From contig JBCKWF010000002.1 of the NCBI GenBank assembly GCA_038922895.1, positions 1 to 43,052 on the forward strand: a stretch of 43,052 nucleotides of DNA, read 5' to 3'. Below, one piece after another: positions 1 through 8,823 of this stretch (position 1 is its first letter; every line of letters begins with the position of its first letter). Made by a program: the position numbers and the translations under genes. The notes beneath the pieces are model-generated. The model worked only from the letters and a program-made list of their open reading frames with translations, was not told the DNA's origin and searched no databases. The DNA is from Gammaproteobacteria bacterium. Lineage in GTDB: Bacteria; Pseudomonadota; Gammaproteobacteria; Eutrophobiales; Eutrophobiaceae.

Positions 1-617
1 AGGTTGGCGCCGCTCACCGATATTTAGCTTGGCCGGACGGGTCTGGTCGAACCATCCTCGCACGCTTGAATAGGTCTGGTGTTGCCGCAGGTTGTACAGG
101 TGCCGGTTGGAAATACCCGCCAGCTGTGCTCGCAGCGGGTATCGCCATGCACCCTGAATGCACGCTCACACAGCTTGCGCGTGGTACTACCGGATAGCGT
201 GCCGTGTAACGCGTCCACCTGCGCTAACCGGCGGATGTCCTGCGCCGTATAGCGCCGCTCGAAGGGCACGGCAGGCGCATGACGCCTGTCCTTGATGTCC
301 CCGCCAGCGGCAAACTGCGTGATGCAGCGCGTAACCGCGGCACGGGACCAGCCGGTCACCTTGATAAGATACTGATGAAACTACTAGCCATTCGACTAAG
401 CGCGATGAAACATGCGCTAAGTCGCTGGTTATGCCGCAGCACGCCACGGTCGGCGCGTTTGCAGCGCACCTAACGCTTAAGCCTTAAGCGTGTCGGTCAT
501 CCAGCCATAGGCCGATTGGCGATCTGTCAACGTAAACGAAATGGGCTGGTTGCCCTCCACCAAGGCGCGTATCTGCGCCAGTGTCTGTAGTTCTTGGGTG
601 GGTATAGTCACGAGCAT
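1..617 (-). pseudogene. rve/DDE-type transposase gene (5' part, ISNCY-like by recollection), heavily degraded, runs off the left edge
   Basis: One minus-strand frame from the ATG at 615-617 reads MLVTIPTQELQTLAQIRALVEGNQPISFTLTDRQSAYGWMTDTLKA. Six in-frame stops (2 TAA, 4 TAG) follow between about 494 and 385. The frame then resumes as FHQYLIKVTGWSRAAVTRCITQF...HGTLSGSTTRKLCERAFRVHGD (track ORF 24..359). A frameshift near 130-145 is needed to continue as QLAGISNRHLYNLRQHQTYSSVRGWFDQTRPAKLNIGERRQP, which stays open to position 1. The LSG..T.KL.ERA and LAGIS..HLYNLR motifs match my memory of the N-terminal region of this integrase-type transposase family. The family name is from memory only. 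Confidence 0.75.
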
Positions 618-724
618 GCCTCTAGGATCCCAACTTTCGCCTCGCCAGGCTCATCTTACGGTGGAAACACGACCCTTCGTCCAGGCTCACTTGTCATTGG
701 ACAAGGCTGTCCCGCTTTAACGAA

Positions 725-1228
725 TTATTGTATTTCAATTTTACCTGCCATGCCGGCTTCCAAATGCCCAGGAATAAGACAAGCGAAGTCGACAATGCCT
801 GTCTTGTCAAAGTGCCATACCAGTCCACCGCGTTGTCCGGGCGCGAGCGTAACTGCGTTCGATCCGACATGCTTCATATCCGGCATATTCCGCATCATCT
901 CCGCATGCTCCTTGAGTTCACTCAAGGTACCGATCACCATCTCGTGCGGTATCTTGCCCGTGTTCTTGATGAAAAAGCGTACGGTTTCCCCCTTCACGAT
1001 ACTGATCTGGCTCGGCGTGAAGCGCATGTTGTCATCCATGGTCACATCGATAGTGCGGACGACCTTGGCTGAATCGCCCGGTTTGCCCACCATCGAAGTA
1101 TCCGTATCCTTGTGCATGGCGTCCATATTATGGTTCTGCATTTGATGGCTTTTCATGTCATGTTCGCCAGCCGCCAGCGTAATGGTGGACAAGCTGGCCA
1201 GGATCAAAATTGATAGTGCCTTCTTCAT
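725..1228 (-). CDS. periplasmic cupredoxin (type-1 copper protein, CopI-like), last gene of the copA-copB operon
   Basis: Signal peptide MKKALSILILASLSTITLAAG. His/Met-rich stretch HDMKSHQMQNHNMDAMHKD. Blue-copper ligand pattern: His in KIPHEM, then C-x4-H-x4-M in FACLIPGHLEAGM. Lies 61 nt downstream of copB on the same strand. Confidence 0.8.
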   Translation of the reverse strand: MKKALSILILASLSTITLAAGEHDMKSHQMQNHNMDAMHKDTDTSMVGKPGDSAKVVRTIDVTMDDNMRFTPSQISIVKGETVRFFIKNTGKIPHEMVIGTLSELKEHAEMMRNMPDMKHVGSNAVTLAPGQRGGLVWHFDKTGIVDFACLIPGHLEAGMAGKIEIQ

Positions 1229-1289
1229 AAATAATCTCCTTTAGTTGAATTGAAAACCCGGGTGCTTCCAGTGAGATATACCGGAAAAT

Positions 1290-2312
1290 CTAAAACCAGA
1301 AACGCATACCAGCAACCCAGCGCATTTCCGATTGCTGCTCGCTGACGGCACGTGCGAAATCCGCGGTCTCGCCGAACCTGCCTACCCACTCGACACCCAC
1401 ATAGGGTGCGATCTGGCGCGTGAATTCATAACGAAGACGCAAGCCGGCGGTGGCATCGGAGAGGCCGCGACCGATCTGCCTCGCTTCGTCTCGCTTTCCA
1501 TACAGATTCATTTCAACGCGTGGCTGCAGGATGAGTTTTTGCGTCAGCAACAGTTCATAGTCCGCACTCAGGCGCAGAGCCGTTCGTCCGGCTATGCCCA
1601 TATAGGCGGTCGCATCGATGTTAAACCAGTAGGGTGCAAGCCCCTGAATTCCGAAGGCTAGCCATTCACGGTCTGGTCCAACTCCGCTGTCATAACGCAC
1701 ACCCAGTTGTGTGTCCCAGAATGTGGCTACCGCGTGTCCCCAGAATAGTTCGGTCCGGGCCTCTTGCAGTCTCCCCCGATCAATATCTCCTTCAACCTTG
1801 AGCACCAGGCGATTGTAGTCACGGCCAAACCAGCCCTGCGCGTCATAGACATAAGCGTTATCGTGGTTGGTATATACCTGCTCCAGGCGTTCGACCATCA
1901 ACGAAGCAAAATTGTGTTCATCTCCCAGATGAAGTAGTCGCTTCGAGGACAAAATATATGGTCCCGAATCAAGGGTATAGCCTCCCGACCAGGCATGTGG
2001 ATCGCGGGCATCGGGCGGAACTGAACCACCCTGCATTTTCATGTCGCCACTTTCCATACCACTCATGTCCTGCTGATTCGAAGGACTGTCATGTTCCGTA
2101 CCTGATATCTCGTTCGAGCGGTCTGTCCCAGGCATGTCATGTTGCATGTCGGGGTCCTCGGCTACCATTTTATCGGGAATGGCTGTTCTCGGAGTAGTGT
2201 TGCCATGTTGAGTATGCACGGGGATCTCTGGTTTTGTTTGCGCCCATCCCGGCATCACACTGAGACTCGCGATTGCTATCGCCAGCACACCCATACGCTT
2301 GTGATTCGACAT
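1290..2312 (-). CDS. copB: copper resistance outer-membrane protein CopB/PcoB
   Basis: Track ORF 1290..2402, trimmed to the internal Met that gives MSNHKRMGVLAIAIASLSVMPGWAQ (signal peptide). The N-terminal region is rich in Met, His and Asp (DMQHDMPGTD, QQDMSGMESGDMKMQGG). It is followed by a beta-barrel-like C-terminal part ending in aromatic MRFWF. The gene starts 26 nt after the copA stop. Confidence 0.85.
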   Translation of the reverse strand: MSNHKRMGVLAIAIASLSVMPGWAQTKPEIPVHTQHGNTTPRTAIPDKMVAEDPDMQHDMPGTDRSNEISGTEHDSPSNQQDMSGMESGDMKMQGGSVPPDARDPHAWSGGYTLDSGPYILSSKRLLHLGDEHNFASLMVERLEQVYTNHDNAYVYDAQGWFGRDYNRLVLKVEGDIDRGRLQEARTELFWGHAVATFWDTQLGVRYDSGVGPDREWLAFGIQGLAPYWFNIDATAYMGIAGRTALRLSADYELLLTQKLILQPRVEMNLYGKRDEARQIGRGLSDATAGLRLRYEFTRQIAPYVGVEWVGRFGETADFARAVSEQQSEMRWVAGMRFWF

Positions 2313-2338
2313 CGTTTGCCTATCGTTTCTGTCAGCGT

Positions 2339-4084
2339 TCACGCCACCACCACTTCGCGGAACATACCCGCATCCATATGCAAGGACAGGTGACAATGCC
2401 ATGCCCAGCGGCCGCGCGCATCGGCAGTGACCAGACAGGTGACACGTTGAGCCGGCTGCACGGTGATGGTGTGTTTGCGCGCCTGGAAGAATCCTTCAGG
2501 ACTTTCCAGTTCGCTCCACATGCCGTGCAAATGCATGGGGTGCGTCATCATGGTGTCGTTGACGAAAATCACGCGCAGCCGTTCGCCGTAGCGAAAGTGC
2601 ACCGGCGTGGACTTGCCGAATTCGAGACCGTCGAGCGACCAGGTATAGCGCTCCATATTGCCGGTGAGATGCAACTCTATCTCGCGCTCTGCGCCACGCG
2701 GGTCTATCGGTCCGCCGATGGTGTGCAGATCGGCATAGGTAAGCACGTGGCGGCCGTTGTTGCGCAGTCCAATGCCGGGGTCATCGAGGTTGGTGCGCGG
2801 AGAGTCAACACGCATGTCCACACTCGAACCGTACTCGGATTTGGCGTGACGTGCGTGCACGATATTATTCCCCATGGCCATACTGCCGTGCTTCATCCCC
2901 ACCATGCCAGCCATACCACCGTCATTCATACCCGACATGTCACCCATCATGTCCTCCATGGTGAGCGGCCCAGGTTTATTCAGCGCAGGAACCAGTGCCG
3001 TCATGCCTGCGCGCAGTGCCAGCGTTCCGCGGGCAAAGCCGGTGCGATCCATGGACTGCGCGAAGATCGTGTACGCCTCATCCTTCGGGCTGACGATAAC
3101 ATCGTAGGTCTCGGCCACTCCAATTCGAATCTCATCCACCGTCACCGGTTCGACGTCCTGACCATCAGTCTGGACCACGGTCATCTCGAGTCCCGGAATG
3201 CGGACGTCAAAAAAGGTCATCGCGCCGCTGTTGATGAAGCGTAACCGCACCCTCTCGCCCGGACGGAACAATCCGGTCCAATTCCCAATCGGTGTCGTGC
3301 CATTCACGAGATAGGTATAGGTGTAGGCGGAGACATCGGCGAGATCAGTTGGGTTCATGCGCACCTGGCCCCACATCTTGCGCTTGGCAAGAGCAGACGA
3401 AAGCCCCTCATCAGAAACATCGCGGAAAAAATCGAGGGCCGTTGGCTGGTTAAAGTTGTAATAGTCGCTTTGTACCTTGAGCTTGGCGAAAACCCGCATC
3501 GGATCTTCATCGGTCCAGTCGGACAACTGCACCACATAGTCGCGATCGGCGTGAATCAGGTCGGTACCGACCGAATCGATGATGATGGCACCGTACATGC
3601 CGGTTTGCTCCTGCATGCCGGAATGCGAGTGATACCAGTAGGTTCCAGACTGTTCTACCTTGAAGCGATAGACAAAGGTTTCTCCAGGCGCTATACCTCG
3701 GAAACTGATTCCCGGAACACCGTCCATCTCGAAGGGGAGCAGGATGCCGTGCCAATGTATTGAGGTGACCTCTTGCAGTTTGTTCGTCACACGGATTGTG
3801 ACCGTGTCACCCTCGCGCCAGTGCAAGGTTGGCGCAGGGATGGAGCCATTGATAGACGTAGCCATGCGTGGTTTGCCGGTGAAATTCACCTGCGATTCGG
3901 CGATAACCAGGTCGAATTCCGTACCGCTGAGGACAGGCGCTGTACCCGTAGCCGTGCTCACCCCGTTTGCCCATGCCGGTTTGATTGGTTGTGACAGACC
4001 GAGTAGCACACCGCCCGCGACCAGGCCTTGAACGAAGCGTCGACGGGGCAAATCAGTGCCAAATCTTTGCAAACGATATTTCAT
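2339..4084 (-). CDS. copA: periplasmic multicopper oxidase CopA/PcoA
   Basis: Start trimmed to the ATG at 4082-4084, giving MKYRLQRFGTDLPRRRFVQGLVAGG (twin-arginine signal). Multicopper oxidase His clusters are present: SIHWHGILLP, WYHSHSG, HPMHLHG, WHCHLSLHMDAGM. There is a Met-rich insertion, MEDMMGDMSGMNDGGMAGMVGMKHGSMAMG. Confidence 0.95.
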   Translation of the reverse strand: MKYRLQRFGTDLPRRRFVQGLVAGGVLLGLSQPIKPAWANGVSTATGTAPVLSGTEFDLVIAESQVNFTGKPRMATSINGSIPAPTLHWREGDTVTIRVTNKLQEVTSIHWHGILLPFEMDGVPGISFRGIAPGETFVYRFKVEQSGTYWYHSHSGMQEQTGMYGAIIIDSVGTDLIHADRDYVVQLSDWTDEDPMRVFAKLKVQSDYYNFNQPTALDFFRDVSDEGLSSALAKRKMWGQVRMNPTDLADVSAYTYTYLVNGTTPIGNWTGLFRPGERVRLRFINSGAMTFFDVRIPGLEMTVVQTDGQDVEPVTVDEIRIGVAETYDVIVSPKDEAYTIFAQSMDRTGFARGTLALRAGMTALVPALNKPGPLTMEDMMGDMSGMNDGGMAGMVGMKHGSMAMGNNIVHARHAKSEYGSSVDMRVDSPRTNLDDPGIGLRNNGRHVLTYADLHTIGGPIDPRGAEREIELHLTGNMERYTWSLDGLEFGKSTPVHFRYGERLRVIFVNDTMMTHPMHLHGMWSELESPEGFFQARKHTITVQPAQRVTCLVTADARGRWAWHCHLSLHMDAGMFREVVVA

Positions 4085-4211
4085 GGCAGTAAAAATGCCT
4101 CCAACAAAGTAAACAACTCTTAAGGAAACTGACTCCATACATTGCAAATAGCCGTGTATGGCCTAAGTTCTAAGTGTAAAGGACCATAAGTGTCATACCC
4201 ATGACTCGACC

Positions 4212-4227
4212 ATTACATTTCTGTAAT
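4212..4227. promoter_or_regulatory. copper-box-like palindrome ATTACATTTCTGTAAT in the copA/copR divergent region
   Basis: Perfect inverted hexamers TTACAT/CTGTAA-type (ATTACA-N4-TGTAAT). It lies 97 nt upstream of the copR GTG and 127 nt upstream of the copA ATG. The architecture resembles the CusR/PcoR/CopR copper boxes (TGACAA-NN-TTGTCA type). A TAGAAT hexamer at 4247-4252 sits 19 nt downstream on the plus strand, consistent with a box overlapping the -35 of a copRS promoter. Confidence 0.55.
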
Positions 4228-4324
4228 CTTCATGTCAGCACTGGATTAGAATAAAATCGCATATACTGTGGGGTATGCACACTAGAAAAAATGCGAATGA
4301 AGCATTAGCAGCAATAGGCACATC

Positions 4325-5008
4325 GTGAAACTTCTTGTCGTTGAGGATGAAGCAAAGACGGGCGAATACATCCGCCAGGGATTGACTGAAGCCAGTTTCG
4401 TTGTCGATCTTGCAAGAAATGGGCTGGATGGTCATCACATGGCCATGAAGGAATCCTATGACCTGATCGTGCTTGACGTGATGCTACCCGACGTGGATGG
4501 CTGGCATATCGTACAGTCGCTACGCGAGGCCAACAAGAATACGCCCGTGTTGTTTTTGACAGCCAGAGACAGCGTGATGGATCGCGTCAAAGGCCTGGAG
4601 TTGGGGGCGGACGATTACTTGGTCAAACCTTTTGCGTTCTCGGAGTTGCTCGCGCGGATTCGTTCCTTGCTACGTCGGGGTAGTAGCCAGGTTATGGCCG
4701 ATCGCCTGCAAGTGTCTGACCTGACTCTCGATCTACCACGCCGGCGTGCTACCCGCGCAGGCACACTTATCAACCTGACCAACAAGGAGTTCATTCTGTT
4801 GGAATTACTGGTGCGAAGACAGGGTGAGGTATTGCCACGCTCTCTCATCGCTTCTCAAGTGTGGGACATGAATTTCGACAGCGACACCAATGTGGTTGAT
4901 GTCGCTATTCGACGATTACGCGCCAAAATTGACGATCCTTTCGAAATCAAACTTATTCGTACAGTTCGTGGTATGGGTTATACCCTGGACGTTCCCGATG
5001 ATGACTAA
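4325..5008 (+). CDS. copR: OmpR-family copper-responsive response regulator (CopR/CusR)
   Basis: GTG start. Receiver domain MKLLVVEDE...[16 protein letters not shown]. Winged-helix output domain ending in [14 protein letters not shown]. Divergent from copA and overlaps the copS start. Confidence 0.92.
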   Translation: MKLLVVEDEAKTGEYIRQGLTEASFVVDLARNGLDGHHMAMKESYDLIVLDVMLPDVDGWHIVQSLREANKNTPVLFLTARDSVMDRVKGLELGADDYLVKPFAFSELLARIRSLLRRGSSQVMADRLQVSDLTLDLPRRRATRAGTLINLTNKEFILLELLVRRQGEVLPRSLIASQVWDMNFDSDTNVVDVAIRRLRAKIDDPFEIKLIRTVRGMGYTLDVPDDD

Positions 5009-6392
5009 GCGCATGAACCGCCGTCCCGTTTCTCTGGCGTTACGGGTCACAGTCCTTGTCGGCATAGCAACGACACTGGTATTCATGATCTCTGCATTAT
5101 TCATAGAACGTTCGATTGAACAACACTTCGCCGAACAGGATCTTGGGGAACTTCAGGCCGTCTCCCAATCTATAGGGACGATACTTGGCGATATACCATT
5201 GGCAGACAGCCGGGAAGTATTGCAACAACGACTTGCTGGCGCGGTCGCGGGGCACCACGGCGTTTACTTTGCCGTGCTGGATAAACAAGGACAACGGTTA
5301 TATGCAACAGCAGACTCTGATCTCTCAGAGTATGCGCGCATTCAGACCGCGGTATCCAGCATGGATGCTGACACACTTCGAATCTGGTCGACACCGGGTA
5401 AAACCTATCGTGGTGAACTATTGAATATGAGTGGATACACCGTATTGGTGGCCACTGCCATGGATTTTCATCTGCGTTATCTCGAACAACTTAAACGCGG
5501 ACTGTGGATCGGCACCTTCGTTGCGAGCATAATCGCCATTTTTGTAGCGTGGTTGGCGGTACAGCGGGGGCATGCACCCATCCGTCGCATCAGCACCAGA
5601 ATGCGCGGCGTTACCTCTGAACGCCTGGATATCCGGCTTGATCCGGGGCAAGTACCCATCGAGCTGGCGGAACTGGTGTCATCCTTTAATGCGATGCTCG
5701 AGCACATCGGAGAAAGCTATCATCGCCTGTCGCATTTTTCGGCTGATATTGCCCACGAGTTGCGCACGCCAGTGACCAACCTCACGACCCAGACGCAGGT
5801 AGCCTTATCAAAGGTGCGTAGCATCGAGGCATACCGGGAAATACTTTACTCGAACCTGGAGGAATTCCAACGCATGGCTAAAATGATCGGCGACATGCTG
5901 TTTCTCGCACAGGCCGATCATGACCTGATCAAACCTGAGCAGGGCGATGTCAACCTGGCTGTCGAAGCCCGCGCATTATTCGAATATTTCGAAGCCTGGG
6001 CGGATGATCGCGGAATCTCTCTCGTGCTGGAAGGTGCGACGCCAATCGTTCGAGGTGATCGACTGACACTGCGCCGCGCACTCAGCAACTTGATTTCCAA
6101 CGCCATTCCCCATACGCCTTCTGGCGGGGCTATTACCGTAAGGCTCACGATTGACTCGGGAATTGTCGTAGTGGAGGTGGAAAACCCCGGCCCTGATATC
6201 CCCACCGAGCATTTGTCACGACTATTCGATCGCTTCTACCGTGTTGATCCATCTCGACAGTACACGGGCGATGGGGTAGGACTCGGACTTGCCATTGTCA
6301 AATCCATCATTGATGCACATTCCGGAACAATCTCCGTGACTTCCATCAATGGTTTAACGCGGTTTCGGCTCTCGCTGCCTGGTAAGGATTAA
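4998..6392 (+). CDS. copS: copper sensor histidine kinase (CopS/CusS)
   Basis: Start taken at the ATGATG overlapping the copR stop (ATGATGACTAA), giving [29 protein letters not shown] (TM1). Also has a second TM segment, the H-box [13 protein letters not shown], and the ATP-binding boxes SNAIPHTP and [14 protein letters not shown]. Confidence 0.9.
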   Translation: MMTKRMNRRPVSLALRVTVLVGIATTLVFMISALFIERSIEQHFAEQDLGELQAVSQSIGTILGDIPLADSREVLQQRLAGAVAGHHGVYFAVLDKQGQRLYATADSDLSEYARIQTAVSSMDADTLRIWSTPGKTYRGELLNMSGYTVLVATAMDFHLRYLEQLKRGLWIGTFVASIIAIFVAWLAVQRGHAPIRRISTRMRGVTSERLDIRLDPGQVPIELAELVSSFNAMLEHIGESYHRLSHFSADIAHELRTPVTNLTTQTQVALSKVRSIEAYREILYSNLEEFQRMAKMIGDMLFLAQADHDLIKPEQGDVNLAVEARALFEYFEAWADDRGISLVLEGATPIVRGDRLTLRRALSNLISNAIPHTPSGGAITVRLTIDSGIVVVEVENPGPDIPTEHLSRLFDRFYRVDPSRQYTGDGVGLGLAIVKSIIDAHSGTISVTSINGLTRFRLSLPGKD

Positions 6393-6548
6393 CCACTATT
6401 TTAGGCAAGATCACTGTTGAATTCGACAGCTCGTTCAAAAAAAGTTACTTCCACACTTCGGATTCTGTACCATTTCCAGTATGACTAATCTTTACGACCT
6501 TATAATGGCAGCAGACATAAATATTCCCTCTAGAGAAGAACCAAGTCC

Positions 6549-7166
6549 ATGAAACACCAAGAACACTGGAACCAAGTCTATCAGAGCAAACCGCCCACTG
6601 ACGTTAGTTGGTATAAGCATCGTCCCGAAGTTTCACTCGCTCTTATCTCTGCATCTTCCATACACAAGAACAGCGGCATTATTGATGTTGGTGGCGGGGC
6701 TTCCACACTTGTCGATTGTCTATTGAATGATGGATACATGAACCTTGCCGTTCTCGATTTGTCTGGTGTTGCCCTGAGTCATAGTCGCTCACGTCTCGGC
6801 GCGTTAGCCGTTAAGGTCGAATGGTTCGAGGCTAGCGTAATCTCATTTGAGCCACCACATCGCTTTGGCCTCTGGCATGACCATGCTCTGTTTCATTTTC
6901 TGACTACAGCCGATGACCGTCGTGGCTACGTAGCGACGCTGTTGCAGACTTTAGTGCCAGGCGGCACAGTAATCATCTCCACTTTTGATCTGGATGGCCC
7001 GAAGAAATGCAGTGGTCTTGATATTATCCGCTACGATGAGAAATCCATCGTTGAAGAATTAGGCCCACAGTTCGCACTTCGCCAGGTGCGCCGGGAGACC
7101 CACATTACCCCTAGGGAATCCGAGCAGCGATTCATCTACTTTCGTTTCGAGCATCTCACCCAATAA
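6549..7166 (+). CDS. class I SAM-dependent methyltransferase
   Basis: Motif I IIDVGGGASTLVDCLL, acidic post-I residue in LAVLDLS, and VPGGTVIISTF. The HW..VY......VSW N-terminus and WHDHALFHFL match a methyltransferase family I recall from metal/arsenic islands. Substrate unknown. Confidence 0.8.
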   Translation: MKHQEHWNQVYQSKPPTDVSWYKHRPEVSLALISASSIHKNSGIIDVGGGASTLVDCLLNDGYMNLAVLDLSGVALSHSRSRLGALAVKVEWFEASVISFEPPHRFGLWHDHALFHFLTTADDRRGYVATLLQTLVPGGTVIISTFDLDGPKKCSGLDIIRYDEKSIVEELGPQFALRQVRRETHITPRESEQRFIYFRFEHLTQ

Positions 7167-7298
7167 AATCAGTAAATTTGCTTAAGTTTACTGATAGAAC
7201 TTAAATTTCTCTGATTTAGGTAGGTACCATAATCCTCTCTTTGCGTTCTTGGTCTCCCCTTCCTCCCGCAGTAATGACTTATACTGAAGGTTGTTTGT

Positions 7299-7487
7299 TC
7301 ATGTCCTATCAGGCGCGCCATTACGTTCTATTTCCTCAATGAGACGAATAACATTTTCTTTTATAGAATCCCGGACTTTATTGAATTCGTCCGTCTCCAT
7401 GTGTTTTGGATCTGGTATGTTCCAGTCTTCGCGGTGTCTGGCTTGGACATAGGGACATTCATCACCGCATCCCATCGTTATAACATA
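7299..7487 (-). pseudogene. arsC: C-terminal fragment of a thioredoxin-type (LMW-PTPase fold) arsenate reductase ArsC
   Basis: Minus-strand translation gives NTSYVITMGCGDECPYVQARHREDWNIPDPKHMETDEFNKVRDSIKENVIRLIEEIERNGAPDRT*. A TAG lies immediately upstream in frame, and there is no N-terminal CxxxxxR P-loop region. The VITMGCGD.CP....EDW..PDP pattern is typical of the C-terminal half of LMWP-type ArsC. Confidence 0.7.
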
Positions 7488-7543
7488 AGATGTATTCTAA
7501 TTCGTGGTCAGACGCGCAATAACGGTTTTATATTAACGTTTCA

Positions 7544-8811
7544 TGAAGTGGCCCCCTTTACATGGACAACCTGAGATTAATTTAAGCCCTGACATGCTTG
7601 ATTATTCAAGCTCAGGCGACTTGAGAAATTGTTCGGTATTGATAGTACACTTCATCCGGTGTCAGATCATCCAGACTCTGATGAAACTGCTCCTGGTTAT
7701 ACCAGTCAAACCACTGTACTAAACTTAGCTTTACCTCCTTCAGATTGCCAAATGCCCGGGTGTACAGATGCTCATACTTGACGCTACGCCATAACCGTTC
7801 AACGAAAATATTATCACGCTAGCAGCCTTTGCCATCCATGCTGATCTGGATGTGATTGTCCTTCAGCATGTCTGTAAATGCCTCACTGGTGTACCGGGCA
7901 CCCTGGTCGGTGTTGACTATCTGTGGACAACCATAGTCCTGCATAGCGGCCTCCAGCGCCTGGACACAAACGTCTGCCTCCATCGTATTGGACAGCCGCC
8001 AACTGAGTACCTTGCGGGAATACCCATCCAGGATGACGACCAGATACGCAAAGCCTTTCTCCATCGGCACATAGGTAATATCCGATGCCCGGACCTGATT
8101 AGCCCGGTCAACTCCCAAGCCCCTCAGCAGATAGGGATAGACCTTGTGTAGCTTGCCTCACGGTATTGGTCTTAGGTTTGGGGGCCGTACTGCTAATGCC
8201 CACAGTCACCATCATGCCCGCTGCCCTGTTCCGGCCCACATCTTAGCCCCTGTCGTTTGAACCAGGTGGCATAACTGCGGGCGCCGTATTGGGGTGTGTT
8301 CAAATATTGCTCATCCATCCGCCGCAATAATACCAACGCCTCTGCATGCAGTGACCGTGGCTGATAGTAGTAGCCCGAGCGAGACAGGCCGAGCCATGCG
8401 CACTGACGGGTCGTGCCCGGATTATCATGGGGCTCAATCATGGCCTTGCGCTCCGCAGGTCTCAGTGATCGAGCCTTCTGGCTAAAAAATCCCTTGCCAC
8501 CGTCAGTTGACCTATCACCCGATGCCAATCATCCACACTGTGATTTTCGGTTTTGTTATGCCCGTTCCCGAGTGCAAATAACGCCGCCAGAGGCGGAGGC
8601 ACCCGTCTTTTCCAGCTAGTGATCCGGGTCGGATGGGGTCCATACCGAGTGGCTAACTGGGGGACCGTTTCATCACTTCGGATTACCGCCAGGGCCACTT
8701 TTGCCTTGAAATCATTGGAATACTGCTTGCGCTTCCTGGCTCATGTTGATTGCTCTCTTTATGATTCATATCAGAGCTTAACAACCTGTCCAGTTTTTGG
8801 GTACCACTTCA
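7544..8811 (-). mobile_element. IS3-family insertion sequence (1268 bp) with decayed orfA/orfB
   Basis: Terminal inverted repeats are TGAAGTGGCCCCCTTTACATGGACAAC (7544-7570) and, on the opposite strand at 8785-8811, TGAAGTGGTACCCAAAAACTGGACAGG. The first 8 nt are identical and about 18 of 27 match. Identical TCA triplets flank the element at 7541-7543 and 8812-8814, a 3-bp target duplication. Confidence 0.85.
7612..8744 (-). pseudogene. IS3-family transposase orfA/orfB, multiple lesions
   Basis: The orfA ATG at 8742-8744 is out of frame by one base with RKRKQYSNDFKAKVALAVIRSDETVPQLATRYG. At least two extra frameshifts occur between ...WFKRQGL and HKVYPYLLRGLGVDRANQV. The DDE core reads DITYVPMEKGFAYLVVILDGYSRKVLSWRLS...NTDQGARYTS. 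An in-frame TAG at 7819-7821 sits where Trp is expected (GKGC*RDNIFVERLWRSVKYE). The stop is at 7612-7614. Confidence 0.85.
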
Positions 8812-8823
8812 TCAATATGTTAA

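Noticed and set aside
690-705. CTTGTCATTGGACAAG palindrome downstream of the cupredoxin gene, as a terminator or IS end
   Set aside because: The stem is only 6 bp and no T-run follows on the relevant strand. It could belong to the adjacent IS terminus, and I cannot decide which from this window.
594-1145. 183-aa plus-strand ORF overlapping the cupredoxin gene
   Set aside because: It is antisense to a gene with a signal peptide and a complete type-1 copper site. It has no ribosome-binding site or motif of its own.
2273-3244. 323-aa plus-strand ORF (plus 3470..3763, 3744..4031 and others) antisense to copA/copB
   Set aside because: It lies entirely within genes that carry unmistakable multicopper-oxidase and CopB motifs on the other strand. 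The translation is His/Arg/Val-rich and low in complexity, with no recognisable motif. This is the usual long antisense frame of a GC-rich gene.
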